Source: an uncultured Bacteroidales bacterium
GTDB lineage: Bacteria > Bacteroidota > Bacteroidia > Bacteroidales > JAADJA01
Length of the DNA: 52,995 nt
Reading direction: 5' to 3'
Assembly (NCBI GenBank): GCA_964386225.1
Contig: CAYLTG010000005.1
Location: 1,512-54,506, forward strand
A model generated the notes under the pieces. It did not search any database, was not told the DNA's origin, and worked only from the letters and a program-made list of their open reading frames with translations. The translations under genes were made by a program, and so were the position numbers. The first letter of the stretch is position 1. Each line of letters opens with the position of its first letter. Positions 28,137-36,000 of this stretch are shown here, piece after piece.

Positions 28137-29375
28137 ATGATCACGATGAAAAAACTGCCGGCCCTGTTTGCAATGATCCTGTTCCTTTCCTGCTCGGAGA
28201 GGGTGCCGGAGATCAGCCAGTGGCGGGGCCCCGAAAGAACTGGTTTCTATCCCGACACCGGCCTGCTGGACCGGTGGCCCGAGAATGGCCCCGATCTTAT
28301 TTGGACCTTCGAAGGGCTCGGAAAAGGATATACCGCGGTGGCGGTGACCGCTGACAGGATCTATACCAGCGGGACCTTCGACAGCACCAGCTACCTGTTC
28401 GCACTGGACCATGACGGCCGGCTGGTCTGGAAAAAGCCATATGGCACGGCCTGGATGACCAACTTCCCGGGGGCACGGTCCACGCCGGTCATCTTCGACG
28501 GGCTCGGGTACCTCCTCAGCGGGAGGGGCCTGCTGGTCTGCTTTGACGCGGATGACGGCGAGTTCGTATGGACGAAGGACATCTTCAGGGAATTCGGCGC
28601 CAGGGAAGTGAAGTTCGGGCTCACAGAGAACCTGCTCGTGGATGGCCAAAAACTGTACTGCACCCCGGGTGGGGTCAGGCATAATGTGGTGGCCCTCGAC
28701 CGCCTTACGGGCGAACTGGTCTGGTCCAGCAAGGGCAACATGGAAGTGAGTGCCTACTGCTCCCCTCAGATCATCGACATTTACGGGAAGCGGACCCTGG
28801 TCACCATGTCCGCGCTCTCCATCATCGCCCTCGACCCCGACGACGGCGCCCTGCTGTGGAGCCACGAGATGAACTATCCGCATGGCATCCACGGTAACAT
28901 GCCCATCTATCACGACGGGTATGTCTTCGCCATGAATGGATGGGGTTACGGAAGCGTGATGATGAAAGTGAAAGAGGACGGAACCGGGGTGGAGGAGGTA
29001 TGGCGAAGCCACCTGTTCGACCTGGAGCACGGCGACGCCCTCAAGATAGGGGATAACCTCTACGGGACGGATTATACCTCGCGCCATTTTTCCTGTGTCG
29101 ACTGGTTTACCGGTGAGGTGAAAGATTCCCTGAACAGGTTTGCCCCGGGGACCGTGATATCGGCCGACGGCATGATCTACTGTTATTCCTACCTGGGCGA
29201 CGTGGCCCTGATCAAGCCGAAGCAGGATGGTTTTGAGGTGGTCAGCACCTTCGACCTCCCGGGCCTCAAAAGGGACCATATCGCACACCCCGTGATCCAT
29301 GACCGCCGGCTGTACGTCAGGTACGACAGTACACTGCGGGTTTACGATATCGCCGACAGATCGGTGCTGGAATGA
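28137..29375 (+). CDS. PQQ-like/BamB-type beta-propeller repeat protein, paralog 3 (lipobox-like signal)
   Basis: 412 aa. N-terminus MKKLPALFAMILFLSCSE. QWRGPERTGFYPDTGLLDRWPENGPDLIWTF. C-terminal HIAHPVIHDRRLYVRYDSTLRVYDI. Only 10 nt after paralog 2. Confidence 0.8.
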   Translation: MITMKKLPALFAMILFLSCSERVPEISQWRGPERTGFYPDTGLLDRWPENGPDLIWTFEGLGKGYTAVAVTADRIYTSGTFDSTSYLFALDHDGRLVWKKPYGTAWMTNFPGARSTPVIFDGLGYLLSGRGLLVCFDADDGEFVWTKDIFREFGAREVKFGLTENLLVDGQKLYCTPGGVRHNVVALDRLTGELVWSSKGNMEVSAYCSPQIIDIYGKRTLVTMSALSIIALDPDDGALLWSHEMNYPHGIHGNMPIYHDGYVFAMNGWGYGSVMMKVKEDGTGVEEVWRSHLFDLEHGDALKIGDNLYGTDYTSRHFSCVDWFTGEVKDSLNRFAPGTVISADGMIYCYSYLGDVALIKPKQDGFEVVSTFDLPGLKRDHIAHPVIHDRRLYVRYDSTLRVYDIADRSVLE

Positions 29376-29429
29376 TGCCACCCTGGCTATGGGCGGCGAA
29401 TCCCTTAAAATGAAACTTGAACCTGGCAA

Positions 29430-30836
29430 TTGAAACAACTCGAGAAATACGGTCCCATTTTCCTGGTCCTGTTCGCGGCCATGGCATTCATTTACTGGCA
29501 GGTGCATGACCCTGTGAAAGGGCTTACCATGAGCGTCCCGGGAATGGATAACCGTCCTCCGCGCGACTCGGCAGCCCTTGAGAACGTTGCTATCGGTGAG
29601 AAATTCACCTTCTATGGCGAAGCCGGTGAGACCGGCCCCGGAGGCCAATGGCTGCAGTTCCGGGGGGAGGACAGCGACAATGTCGATGATTCGGGAGTGC
29701 CGCTCATCAGCAGTTGGGAGGCTGCCGAACCCAGGGTGCTCTGGGAGGTGGAACTGGGGGAAGGGCATGCCGCGCCGGTGATCGCCGACGGCAGGGTGTA
29801 TATCCTCGACTACCACGAGATCAAAAAAGCGGACGCACTCCGCTGTTTCTCCCTGGAGACAGGGGAGGAGCTCTGGCGTAGGTGGTACAATGTGCACATC
29901 AAGAGAAACCATGGCATTTCCCGTACCGTGCCGGCCATCAGCGGCGATTTTGTGGTCACCTTAGGCCCGATGGGGCATGTGATGTGCGTCGACCGCTTCA
30001 CTGGCGACCTGGTCTGGACCATGGACCTCGTAAAGAAATACGGCGGCGAGATCCCCTTCTGGTACACGGGCCAATGCCCCCTCATCCGAAACGGTATCGT
30101 CGTCCTGGCACCAGGAGGAGAGGCATTGCTGGTAGGGGTGGAGTGCGCCACCGGCCAGGTGGTGTGGGAGACACCCAACCCGGAGGGCTGGAAAATGTCC
30201 CATTCCTCCGTGATGCCCATGGAATACCGGGGCGTTGCCATGTTTGTGTATGCGGCCATCGGGGGGATCTGCGGTGTGAGGGCAGATGGTCCCGGGGCAG
30301 GGGACGTAGTGTGGAAGTCCAATGTCTTTGCCCCCGCGGTGGTGGCCCCCTCGCCGGTGATCCTCGACGAGGGGAAGGTGTTCATAACAGCAGGGTATGG
30401 GGCAGGATCCATATTGGTGCAACTGACACCCGAAGGCGATGGGTTCGGGGTGGAAGTGCTGCAGCACTACAAGCCGAAGGACGGAATCGCCTCTGAACAG
30501 CAGACCCCCATCCACATGAACGGCTACCTCTATGCCATCCTCCCCAAGGATGCCGGCGCGATGAGGAACCAGTTCGTCTGCTCCTCCGTGGACGACTGCC
30601 AGACATTCATATGGACAAGCGGGAAAACGGAACGTTTCGGTCTTGGTCCTTACCTGTTCGCCGACGGGAAGTTCTTCATCCTGAACGATGATGGAACCCT
30701 CTTCATTGCCAGGGCCGGGGCCGGAGGATTTGAATTGCTCGACAAGCGACAGATCATCCAGGGGCAGGATGCATGGGGCCCCCTGGCCCTCGCCGACGGG
30801 TTGCTGCTGTTGCGGGACTCGAAAAAAATGGTATGA
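29430..30836 (+). CDS. Membrane-anchored PQQ-like beta-propeller repeat protein, paralog 4
   Basis: 468 aa. The TTG start is per the ORF track, and an internal ATG alternative exists. One N-terminal TM segment (GPIFLVLFAAMAFIYW). WLQFRGEDSDNV...ISSWEAAEPRVLWEVELGEGHAAPVIADGRVYILDY. C-terminal AWGPLALADGLLLLRDSKKMV. Confidence 0.7.
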   Translation: MKQLEKYGPIFLVLFAAMAFIYWQVHDPVKGLTMSVPGMDNRPPRDSAALENVAIGEKFTFYGEAGETGPGGQWLQFRGEDSDNVDDSGVPLISSWEAAEPRVLWEVELGEGHAAPVIADGRVYILDYHEIKKADALRCFSLETGEELWRRWYNVHIKRNHGISRTVPAISGDFVVTLGPMGHVMCVDRFTGDLVWTMDLVKKYGGEIPFWYTGQCPLIRNGIVVLAPGGEALLVGVECATGQVVWETPNPEGWKMSHSSVMPMEYRGVAMFVYAAIGGICGVRADGPGAGDVVWKSNVFAPAVVAPSPVILDEGKVFITAGYGAGSILVQLTPEGDGFGVEVLQHYKPKDGIASEQQTPIHMNGYLYAILPKDAGAMRNQFVCSSVDDCQTFIWTSGKTERFGLGPYLFADGKFFILNDDGTLFIARAGAGGFELLDKRQIIQGQDAWGPLALADGLLLLRDSKKMV

Positions 30837-30931
30837 ATGGATATGAGATTAAAAAATTTAATTTAAATAAGTCAACATATATTATTTAAGGTACTACTTT
30901 AATATTACCGGAAGACAATCCTATACGATCC

Positions 30932-31906
30932 ATGAAACAAAAACTGATCATCACACTCGCGATCCTGCTCATCATCCTGGCCGGATTTTTCATGGTCAGG
31001 GATTTCTTCTTCCCGCCCGAAAAAGACATGGGCAATCCATATGAATATGACCTGAGCGACTTCCGGGAGGTGGAGGAGGACCTTTTCTGCTACCGGGAGG
31101 CTGGCCGGGTAGATGTGGATGGCCTGGGCGCGAAAGGCATCGCGGTGGATGACAAGGACCGGCTTTATGTGGCGGGCAATGGAAAGGTGATGATATGCGA
31201 CAGGCAGGGGGAGACGGTCCAGCAATTTGACTTCGCGGGAGTTGCGAACTGCATTGCGGTGGGCGGTCAGGGCGAGATCTACCTGGGGGTGAATGATCAC
31301 GTCGAGGTTTTTGATTTCTCCGGCAACCTGCTGGCCTCCTGGCCCGTCCCCGGGGAAAGGACCCTGATCACAAGCATCGCAGTGGCCGATACGTTGGTAT
31401 ATGTGGCCGATGCCGGCAACAAGTTCGTGCTGCAATACGGCCCGGGGGGTGAGCTGCTGCGCGACATTGGAAAGCGGGACAGGGCCGCAGGCGAGCTGGG
31501 GTTCATCATCCCGAGCCCTTATTTCGACCTCCTCATCGGAAGGGAAGGAGAGCTGTGGGTGGTGAACCCGGGACTGCATGCACTGCAGTCATATAACGCG
31601 CGCGGCGAGGCGGTCTCCTCCTGGAAGAGGACCTCCATGCAACTGGACGGATTCAGCGGCTGCTGCAATCCGTCCCATATCGCCATGCTGGCCAACGGAT
31701 CCTTTGTCACCAGCGAGAAGGGGATCGAACGGGTGAAGGTCCACCTGCCTTCGGGCGATTTCAGTTGCGTGGTGGCCGGACCGGAACAATTCGAAACGGG
31801 TACGGTCGGGCTCGACCTCGCCGTCGATTCGGAGGACCGGATCTACGTGCTGGATCCGAGGAAAGGGGAGATAAGGTCATTTGATCCGCTTGAAATGAAT
31901 GAGTAA
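30932..31906 (+). CDS. Membrane-anchored NHL-repeat six-bladed beta-propeller protein
   Basis: 324 aa with TM anchor LIITLAILLIILAGFFMV. NHL-like blades: GIAVDDKDRLYVAGNGKVMICDRQGE, IAVGGQGEIYLGVNDHVEVFDFSGN, IAVADTLVYVADAGNKFVLQYGPGGE, DLLIGREGELWVVNPGLHALQSYNARGE, LAVDSEDRIYVLDPRKGEIRSFD. Contains a vicinal Cys pair in GFSGCCNPSH. Confidence 0.75.
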   Translation: MKQKLIITLAILLIILAGFFMVRDFFFPPEKDMGNPYEYDLSDFREVEEDLFCYREAGRVDVDGLGAKGIAVDDKDRLYVAGNGKVMICDRQGETVQQFDFAGVANCIAVGGQGEIYLGVNDHVEVFDFSGNLLASWPVPGERTLITSIAVADTLVYVADAGNKFVLQYGPGGELLRDIGKRDRAAGELGFIIPSPYFDLLIGREGELWVVNPGLHALQSYNARGEAVSSWKRTSMQLDGFSGCCNPSHIAMLANGSFVTSEKGIERVKVHLPSGDFSCVVAGPEQFETGTVGLDLAVDSEDRIYVLDPRKGEIRSFDPLEMNE

Positions 31907-31916
31907 TTGAAAGACT

Positions 31917-32132
31917 ATGAACGACCGAAGAGCATTTATCAAGAAGGTGGGCCGCGGGGCGGTGGCCCTCGGCCTGGCCGGTATCAGCGGCTACCTTCTT
32001 TTGCGGGAGAGCAGCGGCGAGGATTGTTCCTTTGATCTCGCATGCGGCGGCTGCCGGAAGAACGCCAGCTGCACCCATCCGCAGGCGAAGGATTTCAGGA
32101 GTTCGGGATCGGAACGCGAAACAAACAGGTGA
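31917..32132 (+). CDS. Tat-signal miniprotein (71 aa) with a CX5CX2CX5C cluster
   Basis: MNDRRAFIKKVGRGAVALGLAGISGYLLL contains a twin-arginine motif (RRxFIK) followed by an h-region. It is followed by CSFDLACGGCRKNASC. It starts 10 nt after the NHL gene, and its TGA is 2 nt before the next ATG. Confidence 0.5.
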   Translation: MNDRRAFIKKVGRGAVALGLAGISGYLLLRESSGEDCSFDLACGGCRKNASCTHPQAKDFRSSGSERETNR

Positions 32133-32134
32133 CC

Positions 32135-32716
32135 ATGGCAAAAAATAACGACCAACGGAAGATCGACAGACGGCGCTTCATCAACGATGGGTTCCGGTAT
32201 GCCCTTGCACTTGGGGTAGGCGGGTTGGGCGCCACGCTGGCGGCTAGGTCGCCGGGTGACGAACTGGTCTGGCAGCTGGACCCGGCCAAATGCGTCCAGT
32301 GCGGCAGGTGTGCCACGCACTGCGTGCTCACCCCCTCAGCCGTGAAATGCATGCACGTCTATGACATGTGCGGCTATTGCGACCTGTGCAGCGGCTATTT
32401 CAAGGTCAACACCAAGGACCTGAATACCGGAGCCGAGAATCAGCTCTGTCCCACAAGTGCCATCGAGCGAAGGTTCATCGAAGAGCCGTATTTTGAATAC
32501 CACATCAACGAGGACCTGTGCTTCGGCTGCGGGAAATGTGTCGAAGGGTGCGGTGCCTTCGGCAACGGATCGCTGCAACTGCAGGTGAACCACGACCTCT
32601 GCGTCAATTGCAACGAATGTTCCATCGCCCGCGATTGCCCGGCCGATGCCTACAGCCGGATCCCGGCGTCGAAGGCATACCAGTTCAAGGGGTTTAACAA
32701 GGAAGAACTTCTGTAG
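32135..32716 (+). CDS. Tat-exported poly-[4Fe-4S] ferredoxin (NapG/NosG-like)
   Basis: The start is taken at MAKNNDQRKIDRRRFINDGFRYALALGVGGLGATLAA (Tat motif). Cys motifs: CVQCGRCATHC, CGYCDLC...CP, CFGCGKCVEGC, CVNCNECSIARDCP. The track's 32042 start would overlap the upstream miniprotein gene. Confidence 0.75.
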   Translation: MAKNNDQRKIDRRRFINDGFRYALALGVGGLGATLAARSPGDELVWQLDPAKCVQCGRCATHCVLTPSAVKCMHVYDMCGYCDLCSGYFKVNTKDLNTGAENQLCPTSAIERRFIEEPYFEYHINEDLCFGCGKCVEGCGAFGNGSLQLQVNHDLCVNCNECSIARDCPADAYSRIPASKAYQFKGFNKEELL

Positions 32717-32719
32717 CGC

Positions 32720-34075
32720 ATGGGACAAAAACTGAAATATGGCCTCCTGCTCCTCACCCTGATGCTGATCACACTGGCGGGGCCTGCACAGCAGCGATTC
32801 CCCAAGCCGGAGTTCGAGTCGGGGCACGTCCAGCCGCCCACCCTTACCCCTGAGCCCCGGGCAGGCTGGCTGGAGATGTTGGATGTGGCCGTCCTGATCG
32901 CTGCCCTGTCGCTCATCACCTGGCTCATCATCAAGAAAAGGTCCCGCAAGGGTGTGTTCTGGGTGTCGATATTCTCCCTCGTCTATTTTGGCTTTTACCG
33001 CGAAGGGTGTGTCTGTTCCGTCGGTGCCATTCAGAATATCACGCTCGGGCTCTTTCACCCCGGGTACCAGGTCCCCTACACGGTGATCGCTTTTTTTGCC
33101 ATCCCCCTCATTTATACCCTCTTCTATGGGCGGACCTTTTGTGCCGGGGTATGCCCCCTCGGGGCCCTTCAGGACCTTTTCGTGATCAAGCCATACAGCC
33201 TCAGGTCATGGGTCAATGCCCTCCTGGGGATGTTCCCCTACATCTACCTCGGACTGGCGGTCCTGTATGCCGCCACGGCCACGGATTTCATCATCTGCAG
33301 GTACGATCCTTTCGTGGGGATATTCCGCTTCAATGCCACATTCTTCATGTTCGCCCTGGGCGGACTGTTGCTCCTGACCAGCATCTTCATCGCCCGGCCC
33401 TATTGCCGGTTCTTCTGTCCCTACGGGGTGCTGTTGAACCTGTTCAGCCGGCTTTCGGCCCGGCACATGACCATTACCCCCACCGAGTGCATCCAGTGCC
33501 GGCTTTGCGAGAATTCGTGCCCCTTCGATGCCATCGAGAAACCGTCCTCTGTCCGGGTGGTCGACCACAAGAGAATGGCCGTCAGGCGGCTCATGGTCCT
33601 GAGCTTCATCATACCCCTGTTGATGCTGGCCGGGGGCTGGGCCGGCTCCCGCTACCATGAGGGACTGGCCAGTGTCAACCCCAAGGTGCGGCTGGCCGCC
33701 CATCTGCTCGAAGGGGAGGAGGGCCAGCCCCTGGAAGTGCAGGAGGACATCACCGCTTTCAGGTCGTCGGGAACGCCGGCGGCGGAGCTCTATGCCGAGG
33801 CGGCCTCCATCGTCCGGGATTTTTATGCCGGCGGTTGGATACTTGGTGCTTTCATCGGGTTGGTATTCGGCCTCACCCTCGCCGGCCTGACACGTTTCCG
33901 CAGGCAAACAGATTATGTGCCCGACAAGGGGGCTTGCCTGAGCTGTGCCCGCTGCATGGACTATTGCCCGGTAAGGGCCGGGAAAGAGGATGAGTTCAGG
34001 GAGTGGGCGGTGCCGGGCAGGATGGGTGGCCCTGATCAACTGGAAAGCCACGGAAAGGACAATTTGATAACTTAA
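32720..34075 (+). CDS. Polytopic membrane Fe-S protein (NapH/NosH/MauN-like, CxxCP motifs plus ferredoxin-type clusters)
   Basis: 451 aa with multiple TM helices. NapH-type motifs: GRTFCAGVCPLGALQD and RPYCRFFCPYGVLLNL. 4Fe-4S motif CIQCRLCENSCPFDAIE. Two more TM helices are followed by a second motif, CLSCARCMDYCPV. Starts 3 nt after the ferredoxin gene. Confidence 0.75.
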   Translation: MGQKLKYGLLLLTLMLITLAGPAQQRFPKPEFESGHVQPPTLTPEPRAGWLEMLDVAVLIAALSLITWLIIKKRSRKGVFWVSIFSLVYFGFYREGCVCSVGAIQNITLGLFHPGYQVPYTVIAFFAIPLIYTLFYGRTFCAGVCPLGALQDLFVIKPYSLRSWVNALLGMFPYIYLGLAVLYAATATDFIICRYDPFVGIFRFNATFFMFALGGLLLLTSIFIARPYCRFFCPYGVLLNLFSRLSARHMTITPTECIQCRLCENSCPFDAIEKPSSVRVVDHKRMAVRRLMVLSFIIPLLMLAGGWAGSRYHEGLASVNPKVRLAAHLLEGEEGQPLEVQEDITAFRSSGTPAAELYAEAASIVRDFYAGGWILGAFIGLVFGLTLAGLTRFRRQTDYVPDKGACLSCARCMDYCPVRAGKEDEFREWAVPGRMGGPDQLESHGKDNLIT

Positions 34076-34093
34076 CTCCGGATTGAACTGTAA

Positions 34094-35956
34094 ATGGACG
34101 GAACGATAAACGAAATCAGGAAAACAGAGCGTCTATGGCAGCGCATCGCCCTCATTGCCGGGTCGTTTGCGGTGATATTGTGCGTCATGATCATCGTGAA
34201 CTACTTTCAGATCAACCGCGATGACCCTGTCAGCACCAAGGTGATGGACCAACTGGTGGAGCGCCTGCAACAGAACCCCGGCGACGAGGCGCTCCGGGAG
34301 CAGGTGCGGGCCCTCGACCTGGTGGCACGGAAGGCCTACTTCACCAACCAGTGGCAGATCCGGACGGGAGGGTACCTTCTCCTGATCAGCATCGCTGTCA
34401 TCATCATCGCCATGCAGGTCATGATGTCCAACAGGAAGAAGGAGCCGCTCCTTTCGGAGCAGGCTGACGAGGATTTCCTCCTTCGCCAGCAGAAGGCCCG
34501 CCGGTGGATATCGGCGGGAGGCGTTGCCGTCGTGGTTGCCTCCCTGGTACTTGCCTTCCTGTCGCACCAGGACCTCCGGGAAAAATTTCATGCCGCAGCG
34601 GAACCGCCCCCGGAGGAGGCAGTGATCCCCGGAGCCGGTAACATGGAAGAGGCAGCCGACGTCGTATCGGACGAGGAGACCGTGCAGGCAGCAGACCCGG
34701 CGATCGACAGCACGGTTGTGCAAACGGTCGTCGAAGAGGAGGTCCCTCCCGCGGTTGAAGCGGAAGGGCCTGCAGCGGTGCAAGTGAAGGATGAGCCCGC
34801 ACCCAGTCGGTCAACGGCCGTATTCGCCAACTTCCGCGGTCCGGGCGGGAACGGCATCTGCCCGCAAAAGAATATACCCGTGGAGTGGGACGGGGAAACG
34901 GGAAAGAACATCCGGTGGAAAACGGCCATACCGCTGACTGGCTTCAACTCGCCCATCATCTGGGGCGACCGTCTATTCCTCACCGGGGCGAAGGACAACC
35001 GGCGAGAGGTTTACGGGATCGACCGCCATACGGGGGAGATCCTCTGGACAACGCCGGTGACAGACGTGCCGGGATCCCCGGCCAAGCCGCCCGAAGTGGC
35101 CAACTACACAGGTCACGCAGCCCCGACCATGGCGACGGACGGCAAGCTCGTGTTCGCCATCTTCGCCAATGGCGACATGGCCGCACTCGACATGGACGGA
35201 AAGAAGGTCTGGTCAAAGAACCTCGGGGTCCCGGTGAACCACTACGGCTATTCCTCCTCGCTGATCACACACGGCGACAAGGTCATCGTCCAGTACGACC
35301 AGAAGAACCTGGCCAGGGTCATCGCACTTTTCGCGGCGACAGGGGAGGAGGCCTGGTCGGTGAAACGGGATGTGAAGATATCCTGGGCCTCGCCGGTGAT
35401 CGTCAATACGGGTAACAGGATGGAACTGCTCACCGTGGCGGATCCCCTCATCATCTCCTACAACCCGGATACGGGGGAGGAATGGTGGCGCATCCGGGGT
35501 GTCATCGGGGAGGTGGGCCCCTCGGCGGCCTATGCCGACGGCATCGTCTTCGCGGTGAACGACTATTCCAGGCTGGTGGCCGTGCGGGCGGGTGATACGC
35601 CTGAAGTGGTATGGGAGGACGAGGAATACCTCTCCGACATCCCGAGCCCCGTAGCCGGCGAAGGCCTGCTTTTCGTGGCCACAAGCTACGGCATGTACGC
35701 ATGCTATGATGCGCTCACCGGTGAGAAATACTGGGAGCAGGAGGCGGAAAGCTCCATATACGCCTCCCCTGTGATTGCGGAAGGGAAGGTCTATATGACC
35801 GACAAGGAGGGGATTACCCAGATATTCGAGGTGGCCCGGGAGTTTGTTTCAATCGGGACCCCCGCCCTGGGAGAGAAGGTGGTTTGTACGCCTGCCTTCG
35901 CGGATGGTACGATATACATACGGGGATATGATCACGTATATTGCATTGGAGAATAG
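34094..35956 (+). CDS. Multi-TM-anchored PQQ-like beta-propeller repeat protein, paralog 5
   Basis: 620 aa with three N-terminal hydrophobic helices (IALIAGSFAVILCVMIIVNYF, GGYLLLISIAVIIIAMQVMM, ISAGGVAVVVASLVLAFL) and an acidic/Pro-rich linker. Then NFRGPGGNGICPQKNIPVEWDGETGKNIRWKT and propeller blades, ending TPAFADGTIYIRGYDHVYCIG. Confidence 0.75.
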   Translation: MDGTINEIRKTERLWQRIALIAGSFAVILCVMIIVNYFQINRDDPVSTKVMDQLVERLQQNPGDEALREQVRALDLVARKAYFTNQWQIRTGGYLLLISIAVIIIAMQVMMSNRKKEPLLSEQADEDFLLRQQKARRWISAGGVAVVVASLVLAFLSHQDLREKFHAAAEPPPEEAVIPGAGNMEEAADVVSDEETVQAADPAIDSTVVQTVVEEEVPPAVEAEGPAAVQVKDEPAPSRSTAVFANFRGPGGNGICPQKNIPVEWDGETGKNIRWKTAIPLTGFNSPIIWGDRLFLTGAKDNRREVYGIDRHTGEILWTTPVTDVPGSPAKPPEVANYTGHAAPTMATDGKLVFAIFANGDMAALDMDGKKVWSKNLGVPVNHYGYSSSLITHGDKVIVQYDQKNLARVIALFAATGEEAWSVKRDVKISWASPVIVNTGNRMELLTVADPLIISYNPDTGEEWWRIRGVIGEVGPSAAYADGIVFAVNDYSRLVAVRAGDTPEVVWEDEEYLSDIPSPVAGEGLLFVATSYGMYACYDALTGEKYWEQEAESSIYASPVIAEGKVYMTDKEGITQIFEVAREFVSIGTPALGEKVVCTPAFADGTIYIRGYDHVYCIGE

Positions 35957-36000
35957 ACCATGACTAGAGAAAACGACAGCACCATAAGTCAAGACCCTGA

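Noticed and set aside
25554-29375. True PQQ-dependent quinoprotein dehydrogenases
   Set aside because: The proteins are ~400 aa, which is BamB-sized; quinoprotein dehydrogenases are substantially larger. I cannot see the vicinal Cys-Cys/Trp-docking pattern or an attached cytochrome domain. They are kept as PQQ-like repeat propellers of unknown cofactor status.
28116-29912. 598-aa minus-strand ORF spanning propeller paralogs 3 and 4
   Set aside because: It is antisense to two genes with clear family motifs. Its translation is rich in Arg/Pro/Gly/His/Val with no recognisable motif, which is typical of a shadow ORF in GC3-biased DNA where antisense stops are rare.
32042-32134. Upstream extension of the Tat ferredoxin ORF (track start 32042). 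Similar extensions exist for 40996-41064 (GT4) and 25306-25389 (T9SS protein).
   Set aside because: The extensions overlap upstream genes or lack signal features. Internal ATGs sit right in front of the Tat or Sec signals, or of the conserved N-terminus.
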